Origin: Lysinibacillus phage vB_LfM_LysYB1 | Sequence record: OP628075.1 | Length of the DNA stretch: 32,000 nt | Direction: 5' to 3' (one strand) | In this document: positions 9,453 to 16,951 of the stretch, piece by piece | How positions within the stretch are numbered: the first letter of the stretch is position 1 | How the letters are laid out: each line of letters opens with the position of its first letter | Translations under genes and position numbers: made by a program | The notes under the pieces: model-generated | What the model was told of the DNA's origin: nothing | Database searches by the model: none | The model's input: only the letters and a program-made list of their open reading frames with translations

Positions 9453-11717
9453 ATGACAATTGTTATTAAGAACGGCGACCAACTGCCTTTCGATGAGAAT
9501 AGACTACGAACTTTTATCAAGGATAAGCTTTGTGTTACTGAGCAGGCTTATACTGACAAGATTGTGCGATTAGTTACGGCGAAAGAGGAAATAACATCAG
9601 ACCAAATTACTGAGCTGCTTGTACAAACAGCTCTGGAAAATATTGATGAGTTAGAAACTCATTGGACTTTTGTGGCATCTAAAGCGCTTTCTCAAGCTCT
9701 CTACAAAAAAGCTAGTAAGAACCGTGGTTACGATGTTGAATTGCAGTACGGCAGCTATTACGAACTTCAACATAAACTTGTTGAGTTGGGAGTGTACTCC
9801 AACGTTATTCTCGACAAGTATACGAAAGAAGAAATTGAACAATGCGAAGCTATGATTGTCTCAGAACGTGACACACTGTTTGATTATCCTGGTCTTCATC
9901 TTTTATCAAAACGTTACTTAGCTTCTGACAAACAGTACAACACTTACGAGTTACCACAAGAACGTTGGTTGACTATCGCTATGACTCTACATCAAGACGA
10001 GACTGTTGACCGTCTGCAAAAAGTTGAAGAGTCTTATTGGGCTATGAGTAACTTATATATGACTGTGGCCACTCCTACTCTAGCAAACGCTGGGTTGTCT
10101 CATGGACAGCTTTCTAGCTGTTTTATAGACACAGTAGATGACTCGCTGACAGAGATATACAATAGTAACACAGACGTTGCCACTTTGTCTAAAAGTGGAG
10201 GAGGAATTGGAGTCTACATGGGTAAAGTCCGTGGTCGCGGGTCTTCCATTAAGGGATTCCCCAGAGCTTCTGGTGGCGTAGTTCCTTGGATTAAACAACT
10301 CAATAATACTGGTGTAGCCGTAGACCAACTTGGACGCCGTAAGGGTGCTATTGCTGTTTATCTTGATGTGTTCCATGTAGACACGTTAGCTTTCCTTGAC
10401 CTACGATTAAACAACGGCGATGAACGACACCGCGCTCACGATGTTTTCACAGGAACTTGTGTACCAGACCTGTTTATGGAAGCAGTCAGAAAACGTGAAG
10501 ATTGGTACTTGTTTGACCCACATGAAGTTCGCCTTGTGATGGGCTTCTCTCTTGAAGACTACTATGATGAGAAGAAAGGCTCAGGAACGTTCCGCAAGAA
10601 GTATGAAGAATGCGTGTCCAATGAGAAATTGTCAAAAACAAAAGTTCCAGCTATTCAAATTATGGCACGTATTATGCGGTCACAGCTAGAAACTGGAACA
10701 CCGTTTATGTTCTATCGTGATGAGGTAAACCGTAAAAACCCAAATAAACGATTCCGACCTGACGGAACTGGTATCACCATGATTTACTGCTCAAACTTAT
10801 GTACAGAGATTGACCAAAATATGTCTCCTACAGTTCAGTACAAACAAATTCTTGACGGTGACGACATAATCACATACAAGAAAGCTGGGGACTTTGTAGT
10901 ATGTAACCTTTCATCTATTAATCTTGGTAGAGCTGTTCCAGATGGTGTTCTTGAACGTCTTATCCCAATTCAAGTGCGTATGCTTGATAACGTTATCGAC
11001 TTGAATACAATCGAAGTTCTTCAAGCAAGACGTACAAATGAACGCTACCGTGGAATTGGTTTGGGAACATTTGGTTGGCACCACCTTCTCGCTCTGGAGA
11101 ATATTGAGTGGGAAAGTGATGCTGCTGTTGAATACTGCGATAATCTGTATGAAAAAATCAACTTCCTAACTATCACTGCTAGTATGGAGCTTGCTGAAGA
11201 GAAAGGCGCTTATCCATTATTTGAGGAGAGTGACTGGAAATCTGGTTTGTACTTCGAGTTACGTGACTACAATAGCCCAGAATGGCTTGATTTAAAAGCT
11301 AAAGTGGGCAAGTTCGGTATTCGTAACGGGTACTTGCTTGCCGTAGCTCCTAACGGCTCTACGTCCATTATAGCGGGTTCTACAGCTTCTATTGACCCAG
11401 TGTTCAAGCCGTTCTATTATGACGAGAAAAAGGATTCTAAACACCCTAATTTCGCACCTGACTTGAGCCCAGAGACTTACAACATCTACCGTCGTTCAGC
11501 TTATATTCTTGACCAACGTTGGTCTGTGAGACAAAATGCAGCTCGTCAGCGTCATATCGACCAGTCTAGCTCGTTTAATATATATGTTCCAAAGAATATA
11601 AAGGCTACTGCCCTTTTAGACTTGCACCTTCAGATTTGGGACTCTGGAATTAAAACATCTTATTATGTCCGTTCAACTACGTCTAACATAGAGGAATGTG
11701 AATGGTGCGCGAGTTAA
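9453..11717 (+). CDS. nrdE: class I ribonucleotide reductase large subunit
   Basis: 754 aa; ATPTLANAGL-like VATPTLANAGLSHGQLSSC, GGGIGVYMGKVRGRGS, NLCTEI, APNGSTSIIAGSTASIDPVF, C-terminal CEWC; N-terminal ATP-cone-like segment. Confidence 0.95.
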   Translation: MTIVIKNGDQLPFDENRLRTFIKDKLCVTEQAYTDKIVRLVTAKEEITSDQITELLVQTALENIDELETHWTFVASKALSQALYKKASKNRGYDVELQYGSYYELQHKLVELGVYSNVILDKYTKEEIEQCEAMIVSERDTLFDYPGLHLLSKRYLASDKQYNTYELPQERWLTIAMTLHQDETVDRLQKVEESYWAMSNLYMTVATPTLANAGLSHGQLSSCFIDTVDDSLTEIYNSNTDVATLSKSGGGIGVYMGKVRGRGSSIKGFPRASGGVVPWIKQLNNTGVAVDQLGRRKGAIAVYLDVFHVDTLAFLDLRLNNGDERHRAHDVFTGTCVPDLFMEAVRKREDWYLFDPHEVRLVMGFSLEDYYDEKKGSGTFRKKYEECVSNEKLSKTKVPAIQIMARIMRSQLETGTPFMFYRDEVNRKNPNKRFRPDGTGITMIYCSNLCTEIDQNMSPTVQYKQILDGDDIITYKKAGDFVVCNLSSINLGRAVPDGVLERLIPIQVRMLDNVIDLNTIEVLQARRTNERYRGIGLGTFGWHHLLALENIEWESDAAVEYCDNLYEKINFLTITASMELAEEKGAYPLFEESDWKSGLYFELRDYNSPEWLDLKAKVGKFGIRNGYLLAVAPNGSTSIIAGSTASIDPVFKPFYYDEKKDSKHPNFAPDLSPETYNIYRRSAYILDQRWSVRQNAARQRHIDQSSSFNIYVPKNIKATALLDLHLQIWDSGIKTSYYVRSTTSNIEECEWCAS

Positions 11718-12154
11718 ATGTGCTAATCGCATTCGAGTCTATGAGTGGCAACACAATGGAGGTTGCTGAGATTATTGAGAAGACAGCTCAAGAAAACGGA
11801 CATAACGTAACAAGATACAGGATTGGAAGTGAGTCTTCCTTTCCTGTTGTTAGTGATTATGATGTGTTTATTATAGGGACATACACTTGGGGCAAAGGGT
11901 TAACGCCGAAAAGAACGAAGAGTTTTGTGGCTAAAGTTGGTTACAAACCAGCTGTCGTGTACGTTTTTGGCACAGGAGACACGCAATTTGGAGGCGCTGA
12001 ATTGTTTTGTGCCGCAGCTACTAAGCTTGGGAAGTTCTATGAAACCCAGTATCCAGTATTGAAAATAGAACAAAGTCCCCGTGGAAGCCAAGAAGAATTG
12101 GTTGTGGACTGGACAAAAGGAGTGTTCAAATGTGAAGAGACTAGAAACTGTTAA
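11702..12154 (+). CDS. nrdI: NrdI flavodoxin-like protein
   Basis: LIAFESMSGNTMEVAEII flavin phosphate loop, YTWGKG, VFGTGDTQFGG; between nrdE and nrdF. Confidence 0.88.
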   Translation: MVRELNVLIAFESMSGNTMEVAEIIEKTAQENGHNVTRYRIGSESSFPVVSDYDVFIIGTYTWGKGLTPKRTKSFVAKVGYKPAVVYVFGTGDTQFGGAELFCAAATKLGKFYETQYPVLKIEQSPRGSQEELVVDWTKGVFKCEETRNC

Positions 12155-13217
12155 GGTGTTAGTGCCTGAGAATCCCAACCACTCAACGGCACTGTTTGGA
12201 GGAAAAGCAAGCGGTATCCTGAATTGGAATGATATTCCATATCCGCATTTCTACGAATTACGCGAGGAGATTCGTGGATTATTCTGGAGAGCAAGCGAGA
12301 TTGACACATCAGGTGATGTTAAACAATTCCCTACTCTTCCTGAAAAGACGCAGAAAGCCTTTTTGGAAATCCTTGGAGGTATGCTGTCATCTCTCGATGC
12401 ACCACAAACAGATATTGCGGCAAGAATTAGTCAATTTGCCACAGACCCTTCTGTAATATCAATTATGGCCACGATAGCCGACCAGGAGAGCGAGCATAAT
12501 CATAGTTACTCATATATCCTATCATCCATGGTGAGTCTGAAGGCTCAGATTGAATCATTTGAAGTAGGACGTACAAACCCTGTGATATTAAAGCGTAATG
12601 AGCGTTTAATGGAGATTTATAACAGATTTAGCGATAATCCTACCATGAGAGACTTACTTGAAACCTTGGTATATTGTGCTATTATGGAAGGGCTATTTTT
12701 CTACTCTGCATTCGCTTTCTTTTATAACCTTGCTCGTCATAACCAGATGGTAGCCACTTCCACTATGATTTCTTATATAAATAGAGATGAATTAAAACAT
12801 GGACGCTTTATCAGCGAGCTGTTTAGAGCTACGCTAGGAGAGAACCCAGAACAAAACACAACAGAGTTTACATCTTGGGTTTATGAACAATTTGAACACG
12901 CTGTGGAACAAGAGACTCTGTGGTGTGAGCATATTCTTGACGGCGTTGATGGTATAGACTTATATGAAATGAAGGGTTACATTAAATATAGAGCAAACAA
13001 GATGTTAAGACTTCTTGGTTTGAGTGAAATTTTTGAAGGGTACAACGAAAACTCTATGAAATGGATTAAAGCATACGCCGACAATTTTGATGACACGAAA
13101 ACTGATTTCTTTGAACAAAGAAACAGACAATATGTAAAAGTAAGTAAAGAAAACGCCTTTGATGAGCTTTTAGGAGAAGAACCAGGAAGCGATTTAAACG
13201 GGTTTGACGACTTATAA
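12132..13217 (+). CDS. nrdF: ribonucleotide reductase small subunit
   Basis: EIDTSGDVKQF, DQESEHNHSYSYIL, MEGLFFYSAFAFFY, NRDELKHGRF carry the expected metal-ligand pattern. GTG 12132 chosen after AAAAGGAG; ORF track extends to 12081. Confidence 0.92.
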   Translation: MKRLETVKVLVPENPNHSTALFGGKASGILNWNDIPYPHFYELREEIRGLFWRASEIDTSGDVKQFPTLPEKTQKAFLEILGGMLSSLDAPQTDIAARISQFATDPSVISIMATIADQESEHNHSYSYILSSMVSLKAQIESFEVGRTNPVILKRNERLMEIYNRFSDNPTMRDLLETLVYCAIMEGLFFYSAFAFFYNLARHNQMVATSTMISYINRDELKHGRFISELFRATLGENPEQNTTEFTSWVYEQFEHAVEQETLWCEHILDGVDGIDLYEMKGYIKYRANKMLRLLGLSEIFEGYNENSMKWIKAYADNFDDTKTDFFEQRNRQYVKVSKENAFDELLGEEPGSDLNGFDDL

Positions 13218-13226
13218 TACTGATAT

Positions 13227-13257
13227 AACAGTGACTCTACAGTCACTGTTTTTATTT
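13227..13257 (+). terminator. intrinsic terminator after nrdF
   Basis: AACAGTGACT / AGTCACTGTT perfect 10-bp stem, 4-nt loop, then TTTATTTT. Confidence 0.85.
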
Positions 13258-13280
13258 TGAAAAAACTTTGCTCAAAAGAC

Positions 13281-13309
13281 TTGACCGTTGGACTAATGTA
13301 TAGTATGAT
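13281..13309 (+). promoter_or_regulatory. sigmaA-type promoter
   Basis: TTGACC (13281-13286), 17-bp spacer, TATGAT (13304-13309). Confidence 0.8.
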
Positions 13310-13476
13310 TAACTTGTCTCTGAGGAATACTACATAAACCCAAGACAACTCGCTGCAGTAAAAATTTGTTTCAAGGTTTTACTTGATTTTTCCCTGTTTA
13401 CAAGGTTATGATAAGCCTTGAGCTGATAAGGGAGCACACCCTGCAGTAAACTGAGTCGAAAAAGGAGAGGTTAAAT

Positions 13477-14286
13477 ATGGAAAAAGTATTTGTATACGAG
13501 GGTAAAGAGTTTCCCACGTTCAAAGCAATCGCAGACTATCGTGGTGTGAAACAAGTTACGCGTCGTGATATGGTGCGACTTGGAATTACAGAAGTCGAGA
13601 AAACTGAACAACCTGAACAAAATGCTGCTTTAGAGAGTACGGAAGGTAAAGTTGCAGAGACTACTGAAGCTAAGACTTCCGATAATAAGGAAGCTGAAGA
13701 AGTTAAAATTGAAAAGAAAACGTTAGAATCCGACGCAGAGCTGAAGGAGGAGATGAAACTTGAACCTCTAGATGAGCCTGAGAAAGAAGATGCGAAAACT
13801 TCCCTTAAAAAGGAAGAGGAAGAGGAAGAGTTGGAAAGCATAGTTGAGAAGAGAACTGCTGAGCAGAGTGATATTAAACAAGAATTTTCGGAAGAAGTTC
13901 TAAACGAACCTGAGAAACTTCAAAAAGAACTTGGTTATGCTAATGTGGACGAACTAGCTGCAGATTTGAAACGCCGTAAAGCTGCTAATGTGATAGAGCT
14001 GGCTAGGTCGCTTGGTCTATCTTGGAAGGAAGACTCCCACGCTGGTATTAATCGTATGAGAGCTGCTATCGAGATAAGAAAGAAGGTGTTCCCTGGAGAA
14101 CGTCGTACAAGAGCGCCAAAAAGTGGTTGGAAAAAAGTTCCCTATGAAGTTATGGTAAAACTGGCCAAAGAAAATAATCTTGAGTTTCGCGAAACGACTG
14201 ATGAAAAGATAAATCGTATGTGGGTGATTAAAGCATTAAAAGATGCCGAAATTCAACCTCCTGTCCTAGAAGAGGGGAAAAAATAA
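13477..14286 (+). CDS. hypothetical protein with acidic low-complexity centre
   Basis: 269 aa ORF behind promoter and AAAGGAGAGG RBS; Glu/Lys-rich middle between more ordered N- and C-terminal segments. Confidence 0.8.
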   Translation: MEKVFVYEGKEFPTFKAIADYRGVKQVTRRDMVRLGITEVEKTEQPEQNAALESTEGKVAETTEAKTSDNKEAEEVKIEKKTLESDAELKEEMKLEPLDEPEKEDAKTSLKKEEEEEELESIVEKRTAEQSDIKQEFSEEVLNEPEKLQKELGYANVDELAADLKRRKAANVIELARSLGLSWKEDSHAGINRMRAAIEIRKKVFPGERRTRAPKSGWKKVPYEVMVKLAKENNLEFRETTDEKINRMWVIKALKDAEIQPPVLEEGKK

Positions 14287-14301
14287 AAGTTATCACATAT
14301 G

Positions 14302-14332
14302 TAGAGTAAACTTTTCATAAAAAGGTTTCTTT
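14302..14332 (+). promoter_or_regulatory. middle-type promoter candidate
   Basis: TAGAGT (14302-14307), 18-bp gap, TTTCTTT (14326-14332). Confidence 0.5.
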
Positions 14333-14360
14333 AGGTAAGGGGATAAAAAGCCCCTTACCT
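14333..14360 (+). promoter_or_regulatory. perfect 10-bp inverted repeat immediately downstream of the candidate -10 box
   Basis: AGGTAAGGGG-ataaaaag-CCCCTTACCT; not followed by a T tract. Confidence 0.6.
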
Positions 14361-14386
14361 ATATGTAGAAGGGAGATTCCGCAAGG

Positions 14387-14686
14387 ATGAGTTGGAGAAA
14401 TCAGAGTAGCGTATTTATAATTATGTGGCAATCAGATAAAAGTGGCGGTACTTACACAGAGCTTAGAAAAACTGTAGAGGGCAAGGATAGACTTCTCGAC
14501 ACTTTAAAGTTTATAGGAGTTGACTTGGAAAAGGTTGTAGTGACCGAACAACCAAGGATATGGATGCCTGATGTTAAGAAAGACCGTAAGAGCAAAAAGC
14601 AGGCACAAAAACTCGATACTTTGGAGGTATTAGAAGGAGGTAATGAACTTGTCAGAACAGAAAGCACGCCACAGATACACGCCTGA
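14387..14686 (+). CDS. hypothetical protein
   Basis: 99 aa ORF, GAAGGGAG upstream, overlaps the following ORF. Confidence 0.6.
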   Translation: MSWRNQSSVFIIMWQSDKSGGTYTELRKTVEGKDRLLDTLKFIGVDLEKVVVTEQPRIWMPDVKKDRKSKKQAQKLDTLEVLEGGNELVRTESTPQIHA

Positions 14687-15209
14687 GGAAGACAATCTTA
14701 TATTCGCTAAAGTTACAGAAGCTAAAACGTTGGGACTCGATTTGTCTATTGTATTTCTGTCGATAGCTGAAGAGTTAGGTGGGGACAGAAGTATTAATGG
14801 GGTTAAACAACGTTGGGGCAGATTGAGCCGTCTTCACAAACGTGGAGACTGGAAACCTATTGTTGAACAAACTAGTATTGGCTTTCTGGGTTTAGATACA
14901 GAAAACGAAGAAGACCAGAAAGCACAAACAGCTCACAAAAAGCAAGAGGGCGATGTTGAGGTAGTACGGAAGCAGGTAAACCTACCAATAAACCCAGAAA
15001 ACGACAAAGTAACAGATATTGACCCAACTGAGGAGCGCATAAAGCTCCTTGAAGAGCAACTTCTCCTATGTACAGAGGAACGTAATTTGTACAAGTCCGA
15101 ACGTGACTTTTACAAGTCCGAACGCGACTTTTATAGGAATGAACGTGATGCCTACAAAGAAGAATCCATAAGGGTTCGGGAATCAATGAAGAACTTCCTT
15201 GACCATTAG
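14643..15209 (+). CDS. Myb/SANT-like (RsfA-like) DNA-binding domain with heptad-repeat C-terminus
   Basis: RYTPEEDNLIFAKVTEAKTLGLDLSIVFLSIAEELGGDRSINGVKQRWGRL resembles Myb/SANT; C-terminus has YKSERDF-YKSERDF-YRNERDA-YKEE. Confidence 0.65.
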   Translation: MNLSEQKARHRYTPEEDNLIFAKVTEAKTLGLDLSIVFLSIAEELGGDRSINGVKQRWGRLSRLHKRGDWKPIVEQTSIGFLGLDTENEEDQKAQTAHKKQEGDVEVVRKQVNLPINPENDKVTDIDPTEERIKLLEEQLLLCTEERNLYKSERDFYKSERDFYRNERDAYKEESIRVRESMKNFLDH

Positions 15210-15241
15210 GTCAAGGTGGTTTCTAAGAGGAGTCGAGAGGT

Positions 15242-15442
15242 ATGGCTACACAACTGAATGTGGAACAAAATGAGGTGCGTATAGTCATAGCTAGTGAATG
15301 CGGAGCCGAGCTGAGTTATGACAGGGTGAATGATGTAGTTGATGTGAACTCTAGTGTGGACTATAACACCTTTATGAAAATGTGCAAATTGTTGAAGAGG
15401 ATGAAAAATAAGATTTCCTTCGATACTGACTTTGAGGATTAG
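15242..15442 (+). CDS. hypothetical small protein
   Basis: 66 aa ORF, AAGAGGAG-type RBS upstream. Confidence 0.6.
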   Translation: MATQLNVEQNEVRIVIASECGAELSYDRVNDVVDVNSSVDYNTFMKMCKLLKRMKNKISFDTDFED

Positions 15443-15472
15443 GAAGAAAACAAACTAAGGGAGAGAAACACT

Positions 15473-15754
15473 ATGAGCGAGAACACAATGAACAATGAAA
15501 TGAAATTCACCGATGAGAATGTCAAACTTATTGCGGTGATTGGCGACCAAGTCAAATCACGTACGCAATCCATCAAGACAGCGATTATCGAAAAGAACGG
15601 AGAAAAAGCCATTTCTGTGCAGAAGTGGTGGAGAAAATCGTCTGAAGAGCCTTGGATGGAGGGCAAAGGATTCCATTTTAATCCTGAGGACACAGAGATT
15701 CTTATGGGCGACCTGTCCAAGGCTCTATCTGATTTAAAGCAACTAAATGGTTAG
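15473..15754 (+). CDS. hypothetical small protein
   Basis: 93 aa ORF, AAGGGAGAG upstream. Confidence 0.6.
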   Translation: MSENTMNNEMKFTDENVKLIAVIGDQVKSRTQSIKTAIIEKNGEKAISVQKWWRKSSEEPWMEGKGFHFNPEDTEILMGDLSKALSDLKQLNG

Positions 15755-15806
15755 TTGTTGAAGATTCTGGGCAAAAATTTATATGTGTGACGGGGGAGAA
15801 TTTTAT

Positions 15807-16400
15807 ATGTTGGCTTGGGAAGAAGTACAAGGACAGTTTGAGAATCTGGTTAAGTTTGCTGCGAAGAACACTTATATGAGCCGTACCCACGTGGATAACT
15901 CTGTAAGTGTTGAGGATTTGTACCAAATTGGTATGTTAAAACTGTATGATTGTTGGGACAGATACAACAATTTGCCTATGGAAGAGTTTAAACATGTGTT
16001 CAGTACTACATTGTTTCGGGCAGTAAGACGTGGAGCTAAACCATCTATGACGCTAGATATAGAAACAGCCGTTGATTTGGAAAGTGACGACATGGATTTT
16101 ACAGAATCATTTGAGACATCAGAGGGACTAGAACAACTGAAGACTATGTTGTGTTCCCCAATCGCAATAGCTATCCTACAAGAACTTATCGAACCTTCAC
16201 CGCGTACTATCTGGGAAGTGTGGGCTGACAAAGCTCGTAAGGAGTTTCAAAGAAGTCGGGGAAAGAACGTGAACGTTCCAAAGACTAATGAAGTACGTAT
16301 GAAACACATTCGTGCAGCGCTAGGGATTACCCAAAAACAATTTGATATTGGAATTTTGGAAATTCGCGTAAAGGCAGCGGTTGCCTTTGGAATGGCTTGA
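15807..16400 (+). CDS. putative phage RNA polymerase sigma factor
   Basis: Region-2-like FENLVKFAAKNTYMSRTHVDNSVSVEDLYQIGMLKLYDCWDRYNNLPMEEFKHVFSTTLFRAVRRGAK; ATG 15807 after GGGGGAGA; ORF track starts at 15783. Confidence 0.65.
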   Translation: MLAWEEVQGQFENLVKFAAKNTYMSRTHVDNSVSVEDLYQIGMLKLYDCWDRYNNLPMEEFKHVFSTTLFRAVRRGAKPSMTLDIETAVDLESDDMDFTESFETSEGLEQLKTMLCSPIAIAILQELIEPSPRTIWEVWADKARKEFQRSRGKNVNVPKTNEVRMKHIRAALGITQKQFDIGILEIRVKAAVAFGMA

Positions 16401-16418
16401 GGATAGGGAGGAGACAGC

Positions 16419-16847
16419 TTGAATATGATGTTAATTGACCCAAAATTGTTGGAACAGCTGGAGGGTTCAACTTGCTTTGGAATAGCTCATGACCCAGATG
16501 CTAAGGAATGTAAGGGTTGTGACATACAACAAGAGTGTGCTGCAAAAACGGCAGGAAATCGTATGTTTGACCAAGTCAAGTCTCTAAAACCAGAGACAAA
16601 AGAAGCTATGGCACAAGCTGAGCAGAAGAAATCTGACAACGAAGTGGATGCTAAAGTTTCTAAGAAAGAAAAAGCTGAGAAGAAGAAAGCAGAACAACCA
16701 GATGGTATGCCTGACTTCAAGGGTTGGTCTGAAGAAGACCTATGGAAACACCTTGAAGAGAGAGGGGGAACTTGTAAGAAGTTTGAAAACCCTGGAATTC
16801 AGAAAATGCGACTGGTTATGGCCATCAAGAAAACATATAAAAAATAA
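16419..16847 (+). CDS. hypothetical protein with N-terminal four-cysteine motif and Lys-rich linker
   Basis: CFGIAHDPDAKECKGCDIQQEC; highly charged centre; C-terminal SAP/HeH-like EEDLWKHLEERGG. Confidence 0.7.
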   Translation: MNMMLIDPKLLEQLEGSTCFGIAHDPDAKECKGCDIQQECAAKTAGNRMFDQVKSLKPETKEAMAQAEQKKSDNEVDAKVSKKEKAEKKKAEQPDGMPDFKGWSEEDLWKHLEERGGTCKKFENPGIQKMRLVMAIKKTYKK

Positions 16848-16850
16848 AAT

Positions 16851-16884
16851 AATGGCAGGAGCTTACGGGCTTCTGCCATTTCTT
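16851..16884 (+). terminator. terminator-like hairpin
   Basis: AATGGCAGGAGC / GCTTCTGCCATT 12-bp stem with one G-U. Confidence 0.7.
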
Positions 16885-16891
16885 GTACATA

Positions 16892-16923
16892 TGGAGTAAA
16901 CTTTTGTATTAGCTCCTTTATTT
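16892..16923 (+). promoter_or_regulatory. middle-type promoter candidate upstream of the modification cluster
   Basis: TGGAGT (16892-16897), 19-bp gap, TTTATTT (16917-16923). Confidence 0.55.
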
Positions 16924-16951
16924 ATCTGATTACCAATAATTTTTCGGAGGG

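Noticed and set aside
13250-13256. TTTATTT box near 13250 as a middle-type promoter
   Set aside because: It is the T-tract of the nrdF terminator and lacks an AGGAGA-like box 24 nt upstream.
15439-15720. Minus-strand ORF (93 aa)
   Set aside because: Mirror of the + ORF at 15473-15754; hydrophobic shadow translation, opposite to the uniform gene direction.
15540-15737. Alternative + ORF MATKSNHVRNPSRQRL...
   Set aside because: Nested in another frame of 15473-15754 with no own RBS; the longer ORF with an RBS is preferred.
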